A stretch of 59,623 bases of DNA, counting the filler, from Dimargaris cristalligena (lineage: Eukaryota): assembly GCA_003614675.1 (NCBI GenBank). It is 5 parts of 5 records of this genome, joined end to end, with 100 filler letters (N's around TTAATTAATTAA, not from the genome) between each part and the next. Parts side by side here need not be neighbours in the genome. Positions count along the whole stretch, not along the records: positions 47,805 to 59,623 come from ML003082.1; 4 more parts are not named here. One strand, 5' to 3'. Below, piece by piece: positions 49,668 through 59,623 of the stretch (the first letter of the stretch is position 1; every line of letters starts with the position of its first letter). The position numbers and the translations under genes were made by a program. The notes under the pieces are model-generated. The model had not been told where the DNA came from and made no database searches. It worked only from the letters and a program-made list of their open reading frames with translations.

Positions 49668-52600
49668 ATGGATGGCTCCGGCTATGGTCATTCACATCCC
49701 CACAGCGGACACCCGTACAACCACCCTCCCCCTCCTCATAATCGCCCCCACCATGCCAGTTACCCGTCTCCGGCAACCGCTCCGCCACCTCCACATCCCA
49801 CCGTCACCCATGGTCACCCTCCCTACCCCCCCACCGGCCCCAGCGCTTCCTCCGGTTCGTACGCTATGCCTAGGCCCTACGCCGCTTCCTCAGGCGGCCA
49901 TGGTCCCTCCTCCTCCGCTATGCAGGCTCCCAATCCCGCCCACCCTGCCCCTCCCGTGACTCCCCCCGTTCCCCCACCAGTCGCTTCGCCATCCACTCCC
50001 AGTGCGCCGGCCCAGGGACCCCACCCCCAACCCTCTCGTCCCCTCAACGTGCGCGATGCCCTGTCCTACCTAGACCAAGTGAAGTACCAGTTCCAGAACC
50101 AACCCGAAATCTACAACCAGTTCTTGGACATCATGAAGGACTTCAAGAGCCAGGCCATCGACACTCCGGGCGTCATTAACCGAGTCTCCGATCTCTTCCG
50201 GGGCCACGCTAGGCTGATCCAGGGCTTCAACACTTTCCTCCCTCCCGGCTACTACATTGACTGTGGGGTCAATCCCCACGAGGGTAACTATATCCGGGTT
50301 ACAACCCCCAGTGGACACAGCACTTGCACCAGCGATCTCCACCACCCCCCGGCTAACCCTCCTCCCCACCACAATCGGCCCGAGGGTGCCTCCGTCGAGC
50401 TATCCTCGGCCTACAGCTCATCCGCCTATTACGGGTCGGCTGCCCCTCACTACGCGCGTAATCCCCCGCCGGAGGGTACTCACCATGCTCCTCCGCCCCA
50501 TTCCGCTGCCCACGGCATCATGCCGCCGCCCGGGCCTGGTTCCCAACCGCCCCCTTCGGTGTCCCCCACCTCTGCCTACCGGCCACCACAGCCCCCTACC
50601 GCACCCCCAACCTTTTCGCCCTCCGCTCCCACGGAATCTCACCCTCTGCCTCCCAGCGACTACCCCGCCGCCCCGCCTGCCCAGGCCTCCCCGGCGCCGG
50701 CTCCGCTTAACAACAATCTGACCGCCCAGGGCCCACACTATTTGACCAACCGCCGTGCACCCCTCGAATTTAACCATGCCATCAACTATGTCAACAAGAT
50801 TAAGACCCGCTTTGCTAACCAGCCCGACCTTTACAAACAGTTCCTGGAAATCCTCCAGACCTACCAACGGGAGTCCAAGCCTATCCAGGACGTGTACACC
50901 CAGGTCCAGGGCCTGTTCCAGAATTCACCCGATCTATTGGAGGAGTTTAAGCAGTTTCTCCCCGATATATCCGGCCCTTCCGCCGAGGCCCATCTGGCGG
51001 ACGACTCGCTCACCAGCAACGTCGCCGCTCCCCCCGCCGCCATCGCCCCGGTCGGTACTCCTGGATCCGTTTCCCGGCTACCTCCAGTGGGCGATTTTGG
51101 CCCCGGCAGTGCGACCACTTCCCATGAGCCCTACGGATCGCCCGCCGCTGGTGCCCCTAGCGAGCACGGCACCCCCAGCAAAGCTCCCGGAAGTGTCGGC
51201 CCTCCGGATGCTCCGTTGTCGGGCCAGAACCGCAAGAAGCGCGGTAATCCGGCCCCACCGCCTCCCACCGTTGTCGGAAGCAAAAAACGACCTCGCACCC
51301 AACCCCAGACCAAAGGCGACTCAGTGGCCCCTGCCGAACCGACCACCGTCCCCAGTTCCTACGCCCCGGCCGCCGGTCCACCGGTGGCGGCCCCCCCTGC
51401 CAGTACTGAGCCCAAACTGGCTACCCGCGCGCCCTTCTCAGAGGAGGAGCTGGAGTTTTTTGCCGTGGTACGCAACTACCTCGGTCACAAATCAACTTAC
51501 ACCGAGTTCCTCAAGCTCCTTAATTTATACAACGAGGAGATCATTGACGACCGGGTTCTGGTAGAGCGGGCATCCAGTTTCATTGGGAACCACGAGGGGC
51601 TATTTAATCGGTTCAAGAATCTAATCGGCTACAAGCCGCCCGAGGCTCCCATTGATTATATGGTTGCTCCCCGGACTAAACTGGACCTGTCGACTCTCAA
51701 GGCCAGGGGCAGCTACCGCCGGCTACCTCTTAACGAAACCAAGGCCCGCTGTTCCGGCCGCGACGACTTGTGCCGCGAGGTTCTCAACGATCTATGGGCC
51801 TCCCACCCGACATGGGCCAGCGAAGAGACAGGCTTCACAAGCCATAAGAAGAATATCGCCGAAGAGAACCTGCACAAATGCGAGGAAGAGCGCTACGACT
51901 TCGACCTCAACATCGACTCCAACTTGTCGACCATCGCCCTGCTGGAACCCATTGCTCGCCAGATTGAGCAACTCAGTCCCGAGGAGCGCGCTAAATACCG
52001 GGTACCAGTCAGCATGTTCGGCGAATCCCATGCCATTTACCGGCGTATGCTCAAGAAGGTGTACGGGGCCGAGCGGGGCCTGGAGGTGATTGATCTACTC
52101 CACACTACCCCAGTCACAGCGGTTCCGGTGGTACTACGCCGCCTCAAGCAGAAGGACGAGGAGTGGCGTAAACTGCGCCGCCAACAAAACCGAGTCTGGC
52201 GTGAGGTGGACAACAAGAATTTCTTCCGCTCCCTGGATTACCAAACCCCCCAGATCCGTCTGACCGAGCGAAAGCAAATGTCTACCAAATTCTACGTGAC
52301 GGAAATCGAGAAGATCCGCAAGGATGCTTTGGAGGGCCTCCCCGGGCCCGCGAGCTGGAACCCAGCCGCGCGCGACCACCGAAACCGCAATATCGATTTG
52401 GACCCCGCTCTCCGTGCCATCGCCCATGCCTACCCACCATCATATCATATGGAATTCAGTTTTGCTGACGCCGAACTAGTGCGGGAAGCCATTCAGATGA
52501 TTCTGAGTTATTTTGATAAGACCCAGTCGTCCAACAACCCAACCCGGGCCCAGATTGACGATTTTTTTGCGTTTGTTGAAGCCTTTTTGGGGGCCACCAT

Positions 52601-53873
52601 TCGCCAATCGACCACCAACCATACTGACACGTCGATGAATACCTCGACTGGGAGCCAGACGACTTCGCCAACCCAAGTCCAACACACCTGGATCCACACC
52701 CAGCATACCGATTCAGCGATTTCACCCGGAAACGGCAATAGTACTGTCCCAGCCTCCGAGAACGAGGTGACGGACCGGTCAGTCCCCGAAAACCCGGCGG
52801 AGAAGCACGGGGATATCAAATGGAATACCTTCTACGGCAATACCCCCATGTACGTGTTCTTCCGGCATTTCCAGATTCTATATGCTCGGTTAGAACAGGT
52901 CAAACAATCGGCCGAGAAGTGTGCGCGGACCACTGTCCACGACCCTCATGACCAAACCCCGGCCGGGAAGCTCGACCTATTGTATAAACCCGAGATATTT
53001 AGCGATGTTGACCTCCAAGAGACGGACTACTTCCAGCTCTTTTTGAACCTAGCGGATCGGCATTTTGACGGGGAAATGGAAACCCAGGTGTTCGAAGACG
53101 CCATGCGCTTCCTATTCCGTACCCAGGCCCACAACGTGGTTACTATAGGGAAACTCATTCAGCTACTTCTTAAACACCTGGCCACGGTGGTGACGGACAC
53201 CAAATGCCAGGATCTGCTAGGGATCTACGACGAACTCAAGGGCCAGCCTATGGCCAGTGTACGGCAACAGATTCTGTACCGGATGAAAGTGGAGTCGATT
53301 ATCGGAACCGAAGAGCATCTCTACCGGATCGAATTTCTCCCCGAACCCCTGCAACGGGTATGTACTATCCAGCTCCTATTAAAGGACGACTTTACCCTAT
53401 CCCATGCGGTGACGTCGGAGGAGAAATGGGCGTACTACGTGGATAGTTTTGTGCTTATGGCGCCCACCGAAGGGGTTTCGTTCCACGGACAGTATCCGTT
53501 CCTGCGGCGTAACCTACCCCGGGAGGCACCCTCACCCGATTCGGCACCCCGGGTCATTTCCCACAGTGGCCTGGAGGTTAAGATTTCATTGAATACATAC
53601 CGTATTTGTTTTGTAACCCATAGCGAAGACTTTTTTATGCGGGTCTCCCGCCCTACCTCTGTACCAGCCTCGCCCCGACCGGCCAAGTCCGAGGCGGAGT
53701 CTTCCACCACCATGGATGTAGATGGTGCGGACCCAGAGCCCAAACCCAAGGCCGTCACTAAGCCAAGCCCCACCGACCCCGCGTTGGCCTCTATGCAGCG
53801 AGCGAACCGGGACCGGGTTAGTAAATGGCATAGTTGGTTGGAGGCTAACCAGACTACGGATAGCTCGACATGA
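49668..53873 (+). CDS. SIN3: SIN3 transcriptional co-repressor (PAH1-3, HDAC-interaction domain, Sin3_C), intronless, 1401 aa
   Basis: LNVRDALSYLDQVK...YNQFLDIMKDFKSQAIDTPGVI (PAH1); EFNHAINYVNKIKTRF (PAH2); YTEFLKLLNLY (PAH3); SYRRLP...CSGRD.LC.EVLND.W.SHPTWASE (HID). Confidence 0.97.
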   Translation: MDGSGYGHSHPHSGHPYNHPPPPHNRPHHASYPSPATAPPPPHPTVTHGHPPYPPTGPSASSGSYAMPRPYAASSGGHGPSSSAMQAPNPAHPAPPVTPPVPPPVASPSTPSAPAQGPHPQPSRPLNVRDALSYLDQVKYQFQNQPEIYNQFLDIMKDFKSQAIDTPGVINRVSDLFRGHARLIQGFNTFLPPGYYIDCGVNPHEGNYIRVTTPSGHSTCTSDLHHPPANPPPHHNRPEGASVELSSAYSSSAYYGSAAPHYARNPPPEGTHHAPPPHSAAHGIMPPPGPGSQPPPSVSPTSAYRPPQPPTAPPTFSPSAPTESHPLPPSDYPAAPPAQASPAPAPLNNNLTAQGPHYLTNRRAPLEFNHAINYVNKIKTRFANQPDLYKQFLEILQTYQRESKPIQDVYTQVQGLFQNSPDLLEEFKQFLPDISGPSAEAHLADDSLTSNVAAPPAAIAPVGTPGSVSRLPPVGDFGPGSATTSHEPYGSPAAGAPSEHGTPSKAPGSVGPPDAPLSGQNRKKRGNPAPPPPTVVGSKKRPRTQPQTKGDSVAPAEPTTVPSSYAPAAGPPVAAPPASTEPKLATRAPFSEEELEFFAVVRNYLGHKSTYTEFLKLLNLYNEEIIDDRVLVERASSFIGNHEGLFNRFKNLIGYKPPEAPIDYMVAPRTKLDLSTLKARGSYRRLPLNETKARCSGRDDLCREVLNDLWASHPTWASEETGFTSHKKNIAEENLHKCEEERYDFDLNIDSNLSTIALLEPIARQIEQLSPEERAKYRVPVSMFGESHAIYRRMLKKVYGAERGLEVIDLLHTTPVTAVPVVLRRLKQKDEEWRKLRRQQNRVWREVDNKNFFRSLDYQTPQIRLTERKQMSTKFYVTEIEKIRKDALEGLPGPASWNPAARDHRNRNIDLDPALRAIAHAYPPSYHMEFSFADAELVREAIQMILSYFDKTQSSNNPTRAQIDDFFAFVEAFLGATIRQSTTNHTDTSMNTSTGSQTTSPTQVQHTWIHTQHTDSAISPGNGNSTVPASENEVTDRSVPENPAEKHGDIKWNTFYGNTPMYVFFRHFQILYARLEQVKQSAEKCARTTVHDPHDQTPAGKLDLLYKPEIFSDVDLQETDYFQLFLNLADRHFDGEMETQVFEDAMRFLFRTQAHNVVTIGKLIQLLLKHLATVVTDTKCQDLLGIYDELKGQPMASVRQQILYRMKVESIIGTEEHLYRIEFLPEPLQRVCTIQLLLKDDFTLSHAVTSEEKWAYYVDSFVLMAPTEGVSFHGQYPFLRRNLPREAPSPDSAPRVISHSGLEVKISLNTYRICFVTHSEDFFMRVSRPTSVPASPRPAKSEAESSTTMDVDGADPEPKPKAVTKPSPTDPALASMQRANRDRVSKWHSWLEANQTTDSST

Positions 53874-55074
53874 TAGCCTCTGTCCAGGCGACCTCTTAAT
53901 CTTTATAAGCAGTTTATTTTCACGGCCTAGCTTCCGTTTCTTCCACCCAATCTTTCTACACCCACTCCGTATTAGTTTAGTGATTGAACCTTAATAATGC
54001 AGTAATTATAAATACACATACCCATGCCTTTTTTCTTTCTTTTTGGTGACTGTCCAATCCCAGACACCTTACATATGCACTTCTTGTACACTTCAATGAC
54101 TTGACATCCGCCTAGGTGAGAGATGCTGTTGAGCCCTGGCCCGGGTTTATGATTCATACCTTTTTTTTTGCTAACATTTTACAGTAGGGCAGGAGAGGGG
54201 GATATTTAGCCCATGCATCTCTGCAACAGCGGTGGATTAAAACAGTTCAATAGCCGGTCCGGTCCCTACGATCATCTCTTTTGCTGAGCTGACTGGTTCT
54301 TTTACAGGGCTATTTAGCAATTAAATCGGAGGCAATTTTGTCGGAATATAGTCTCGGCTGCATTTGTCTGTGCATGCGAGCCAGCCAGGTTTCTAAGTAA
54401 ACCACTTTGGGGAAATCGAGCCCCCGGCTAGATGATGTAACCGGTGGGATATCGGATAGGGTAGGAGGGGGTTGAGCCAGTACCACAAACTTGGCTAATG
54501 TATAGACGATGACAGGTCTTCAGGAGAGCCTTTGGTATATTGATTAGGTTTTGCAGGTGGCTGAAGTAGCGGGAGTGCTGTTTGAGTCGAACAACTTATT
54601 GACCTTCCCAGTGGCTAGTGGCATCCATGGAGGTCTAAGGTTAGCTGAATCTTCTGGGCCTTAGGGGTAGGATATAATAATATATAGAGACGACTCTATC
54701 TTTATTATGGCACTCAAAAGTGAAGCAGGCCCCAACGGAGGAAGTTCATCACGACTATCCAAGGGCTTCAAGGAATTGGCGCCATGGGAAAATAGATGGG
54801 AAATGAATTTTGGTTTGGCCGACTATGCTCAATGCAGCCAACGGAAATACGGCTTCGCTGTATCGCTGGGGAAGTGGGTCTTTTAGAGGGGCAATAGACT
54901 CTTATCTTAAGCTACGCCTTCTCGACCTGGTAACTGTAACCGGCTTCTTTCATCCTAGAGTCAATTCAATTCACTTCACTTCACTTCCAGTTATTTTGGT
55001 TTACTAGTTCTAGCTCATTTCTCGCTACTTTTCCCTCTTCCCGGCCCACTACACTAGTGCAATACTTCGACAAT

Positions 55075-56119
55075 ATGCTCATTAAAGTGAAGGTGGGTTG
55101 CCCGTCCAGGTTGTCTGTTGCCTACTACCAGCAAATGCGCGGGGCTTCTATACCCCGCTTAGTGCGGCACCTGTTATGCTACTTCCCGAGCCAGGCCTCC
55201 CTTGACTAACCCCGTTTATTATTACTCCTCGATTCTCCCCCCTGGACCCTCCCCTTCGTTGAACAGACTCTAACCGGCAAGGAGGTAGGCCCTTTTCCCC
55301 CCGGACCTGTAGTATACTATTATGAAGGGGTGGACCAGCAGTAATATATATATATATATATATATTCATGCGGAGCCCCTTCACCAATGCGATTCCGCGG
55401 CTTTGGCTACCAATGCAACGTAACTCAAACCAAGGGCCATTATGCTAATGCCTTTACTTCGGCCTAATTTTCTTAATATATGCATTATGCCCCACCCTAC
55501 TCTCCAATTTTAGATTGAAATTGATATTGAGCCGACCGACAAGGTAACGTAGCGGTGGGAAGCCCATTGGGCCAGGTCCCCTACCTTTGATTTTGCCGAG
55601 TACACCGTATCTTTTTTGCTATTATTGGTATTATTATTATTATTAGCCACTAGTGTAAAAGTGCCAGCTCTAAGACGCTTGACTACACTTTGACCGGTTG
55701 TTATGCCCGAACTTACCGCCGACTGTACCTACTAGGTGACCAATATCAAGGAACGCATCGAAGAGAAGGAGGGAATTCCCCCAACCCAACAAAGGTACTA
55801 CTGAATCCTACGGAGGGTTGCTAGAGAATGATGCGACAGTGTCCAATAGAAGCTACACCTGGTGGTGCCGCTGTGTATTGTCCAGCTAGACTGGGCGTGA
55901 GCTGTGGTGGCGGAGTTTTGTTAGTAATATAGGCATACTAATCTAGATTATATCACCCGTCTCCCCTTGCAAATACTCCGCCGAACCAGGCTAATTTTCG
56001 GTGGTAAACAAATGCCGGATGAGAAAACGGCCACGCAGTTGTCGATAGAGGGCGGATCGGTGCTGCATCTAGTCCTGGCTCTCCGTGGAGGAGAAGCTGC
56101 CCTGGTACAAAGGGCCTAG
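55075..56119 (+). CDS. NEDD8: Ubiquitin-like modifier NEDD8/Rub1; exons 55075-55092, 55267-55284, 55514-55543, 55736-55794, 55990-56119
   Basis: Spliced product [84 protein letters not shown]. Ala72 (LALRGG) is NEDD8-diagnostic; all introns are GT-AG. Confidence 0.95.
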
Positions 56120-56455
56120 ATAGATGATGGCGAACGAGGGCACAGCGGTCCCTCCCTCCGCATCCCCCCACTGGCGAAGGCGCCCGTGAGCCGATTAGAT
56201 GGCGATAGTTTCTCCCAAATTCAGGTTGAGCCTTGCCGGTGCTTGGGTGATATATATATTGGTTTAAGGCCCATATTGAACCACCGACTACTACCAACTG
56301 GCAACCTTGACCTGGCACCGCCGGAGGTCCTCGTTGCCTGGACATTCGCCTTTGGCCTAATGTTCAATTGATTTTCTCTCGCTCGAGCTGGCATCCCACT
56401 TTGGGTGGGCCCTGTGCCAATGTAATAAATGGAATTAATGGTATTAGGAAGAGTT

Positions 56456-56478
56456 ATATATATATATATATATATATA
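56456..56478. repeat. (TA)n microsatellite (similar runs near 13332, 39946, 45247, 55343)
   Basis: Direct reading of the sequence. Confidence 0.9.
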
Positions 56479-56797
56479 ACGAGGGTTGGTCCGATTGGTT
56501 AAATATCAAAGGAGGCATAGGCAGGAGTGGTTGAGGAGGTGTAGCAAGTAGGACAGTTGTTAGAGCTATTCGTCTATCTCTACCCTCGTTAACCAATGGC
56601 GAGACAGGCTAGGGATGTAGAGCTGAGTAGGAAAAAGTCCCAAGGTCCTGGTTGATTTTCCCCGATGACGGTTACTTTACTACCACCACGACTTGGAGTG
56701 TTGTTGTTATTGTTGTTTACTCTGAGTGCGAAGAGTAGAGGGCCCAACTACTCGGGGCCCTGGTGTGGTGTGAGGGAGGGGATTAGAGGGGTGTCTC

Positions 56798-56865
56798 TTC
56801 CTTCACCTTCACCTTCTTCACCACCACCACCACCTCCTCCTCCTCCTTCTCCTCCTCCTCCTCCT
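56798..56865 (+). repeat. (CCA/CCT)n trinucleotide tract upstream of CDK1
   Basis: TTCCTTCACCTTCACCTTCTTCACCACCACCACCACCTCCTCCTCCTCC... Confidence 0.85.
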
Positions 56866-56991
56866 TTAACCCTCCCTACTTCCCTGAATCTCCACCCTCT
56901 TCCACTCCACTCCACTCCATTTCCTTATTTCCTTAATTTCCTTCGTACAATACAATACATTCCAATATCATACCATACATTCCCTGTTACC

Positions 56992-58167
56992 ATGAGCGAT
57001 AACTACATCAAGGTCGAAAAGGTGGGCGAGGGTACCTACGGTGTGGTCTACAAGGCCCGCCAGCGGAACACCGGACGCATCGTGGCCATGAAGAAGATCC
57101 GCCTCGAGTCGGAAGACGAGGGTGTGCCCTCCACCGCTATCCGTGAAATATCCCTGCTCAAGGAGCTCGACCACGATAATATTGTGCGTTTATTGGACAT
57201 TGTCCACAGCGAAGCCAAGCTGTACCTGGTGTTTGAGTTTTTGGACCTGGATCTCAAGCGATACATGGAAACCACAGCCCCGCTCGGGTTGTCCGCCGAG
57301 CACGTCAAGAGCTACATGCACCAGCTGGTCAAAGGCATCGCCTTCTGCCACTCCCACCGGGTGCTCCACCGGGACCTGAAGCCCCAGAACCTGCTGATCG
57401 ACCAGCACGGGATGCTCAAACTGGCTGACTTTGGTCTGGCCCGGGCTTTTGGGGTCCCCCTGCGCTCTTATACCCACGAGGTTGTGACCCTGTGGTACCG
57501 GTCCCCCGAGATTCTGCTAGGCTCCCGCCATTATTCCACCGGCGTGGACATGTGGAGCGCCGGCTGTATCTTTGCCGAAATGGCTATGCTCAACCCATTA
57601 TTTCCAGGTCGGTAGTATTCTTTCATGGCGTGGGGTGTATATTTGCCCTGTATCCTCCCCTCCGCTTCTCGCGTAGTGAATTCCCTCCTATATATATATC
57701 TATCTATCGAGTTACTCGTGATTCCAAGCTAAGGAGCCCCGACGGAAATGCTGACCCTGAGGGAACACCATCATTAATCCTCGGAGCAGTAGGCTGTGAC
57801 TGTTCTTGGCTCTTTCCGCTTCACCTGGTCCTACGCATGTTATTTACCCGCTCTATCCGTAAACAACTCCCCTAAATCTATATATCTATTAATACCACCA
57901 CTACTCATAGGCGACTCGGAGATTGACGAAATCTTCAAGATTTTCCGGATGCTGGGCACTCCGTCCGACGCCACCTGGCCGGGGTTCACGAGCCTGCCCG
58001 ACTATAAGCCCACGTTCCCGACCTGGGAGCCCCAGTCCCTGGCCAAGCAAATTCCCAAGCTGGACGCCAACGGCATTGATCTCCTGGCCAAGCTGCTCCA
58101 CTATGACCCGGCGCACCGTATCTCGGCCAAGCAGGCTCTGCTCCACCCGTATTTCGATGATTTGTAA
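56992..58167 (+). CDS. CDK1: Cyclin-dependent kinase 1 (Cdc2/Cdc28); exons 56992-57607 and 57911-58167
   Basis: [43 protein letters not shown]. The junction PLFP-G|DSEID restores the GDSEID motif. Confidence 0.96.
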
Positions 58168-59209
58168 CTCGGCCCTTCGCTGTCCGAGACCCTCTATGCC
58201 ACCCTAAGATACGCAGGGCGGTGGTGCTAGTTGGTGGAATTAGTTATCTGACTGCTTTCCATCCCTCGGACCCTTACTATCCCCTTTATACCCCTCCCTG
58301 CACACACTTACTCATCTCATTGATCTCTGCCCTATTTGCGCCTATTGACCTGGTGGGCTTTTATTCATCCGTCGACCCGTCGGACCGAACCCCGCCTTAA
58401 TCTATATCTATATTTATATCCATACCTATATCCATATCTATATATACCCCCCCCCATACACCCACACACGCTCTCTCTCTTACTCCCTCACTCTCACCCC
58501 CCCCCCCCCCCCATCTAAAACTATACTACCGCTTGATCAGCCCCCGCTTATTTACTATTTGTAATACAAAACTATACTTTGCGCCAACCCCAGCTGGGTA
58601 ATTCGACTATTCCGCCACTCATATTACCCTCGTGGCTTCGCCCTTGAAGCCCAGTGGAGGATATATATATAGACAGATAGATAGGTATATAGACCACCAT
58701 CTCCCCATAATCTACCAAACATATGCCTACAATAGAAGACGGGCCTTGTCAGCCAATTGTAGGACCCGCCACTAGTAGTCATCCGACCCACTGGGGCTAG
58801 TGAGCGAGTGAGGATGATGATGTGTGCAGGTTAGGTTGGGAGGGGAGAAGGAACCAACGGTAGCTAGTAGTAGTAATGGTTATAGTAATAGTTAGTAGAG
58901 CGAGGCCTTTATGTTATATGGTTGGCCGGTTGTGACTTATACAGTAGGGGAGGCTGGTCCACTTACAAGCCCAGGTGTTGTGTTGTTCTCTCCCTCTCTC
59001 TCATTACTATTCCACTCTGCCAGGGCGTTCCTTTAATATTACTCTAACTCATTTATACATATATTTATATATTAATAGTATCCTATTTATTACACTCCTG
59101 TCCTCGACTCTCCCGCCTGACCGACCCCCATTCGGAGCCATTCTACTGCTGCCATCTTAGCCATCTATCTACCTTCAGGGACTTTCGTTTGTCGTCGTCA
59201 CCAGCAGCC

Positions 59210-59570
59210 ATGGCGACCGAACAGTGCCTCCAGCTGCCGCACAACTCCTCCGACATTTATCTCGGCCTGTTTCTCTGTGTCGGCACTTTCTTCTCCTACC
59301 TGCCCCAGGTAAGTAAAGCTCTTCCCTCCGAAAACCGGTCAGCCTAGCCCTGTTAGATAACCCTCCCTCTCTCCCAACTCTACTGACCCTCCCCCCCTTA
59401 CTTTGGCCCCCACTGCTCCCCCTCCTTCCTAGCACATCAAAATCATCACCCACCGGTCCAGCGAGGGCTTCAGTCCCTTTTTCCTCCTCCTCGGCACCGT
59501 TTCCGCCTTTTGTAACGTCTCCAACATCTTCCTCCTCCAGCTGAATTCCATTATTTGCTGCAAGATCTGG
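59210..59570 (+). CDS. PQ-loop repeat membrane transporter, first two exons (59210-59308, 59433-59570), runs off the window
   Basis: ...LGLFLCVGTFFSYLPQ|HIKIITHRSSEGFSPFFLLLGTVSAF..., a classic PQ-loop helix pair, with GTAAGT donors at 59309 and 59571. Confidence 0.85.
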
Positions 59571-59623
59571 GTAAGTCCGGCCCGGGCTGCATTTCTCTGG
59601 CATCTGGACTAAGAAGGCTCATG

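Noticed and set aside
56665-56991. Poly-proline N-terminal extension of CDK1 in the ORF track
   Set aside because: It arises from a CCT/CCA microsatellite in the leader; the canonical CDK1 start [10 protein letters not shown] is at 56992.

Overview
Eukaryotic, fungal DNA with GT-AG introns and CTRAY-type branch points. The gene set and style suggest an early-diverging fungus, possibly Zoopagomycota (Dimargaris-like); that assignment is inference only. The window is not one locus: it is five contigs of about 11.8 kb (11878, 11844, 11842, 11840 and 11819 bp, in descending length) joined by artificial 100-bp spacers (44N-TTAATTAATTAA-44N). Recognisable genes: an XRN2/Rat1 paralog with a degenerate active site, farnesyltransferase beta (RAM1), a DEK_C+SWIB protein, an MPD1/PrpA-type PDI, TRM112, a CBS-domain protein (truncated), fatty acid synthase beta (truncated), alanine-glyoxylate aminotransferase, a BIM1/X325-like GPI protein, SIN3, NEDD8 (micro-exons, absent from the ORF track), CDK1 and a PQ-loop transporter (truncated). 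Most unusual signals: (i) two signal-peptide genes carrying intracellular regulatory domains (C2H2 zinc fingers; an F-box), each broken by one lesion, which are candidate host-manipulating effectors; (ii) an intact but apparently catalytically dead XRN2; (iii) a ~136-bp MITE family with GGG...CCC ends and 4-bp ATNT target duplications; (iv) a BIM1-like protein lacking its copper histidine brace; (v) a CpG-free transposon relic. No rRNA, tRNA or CRISPR was recognised.
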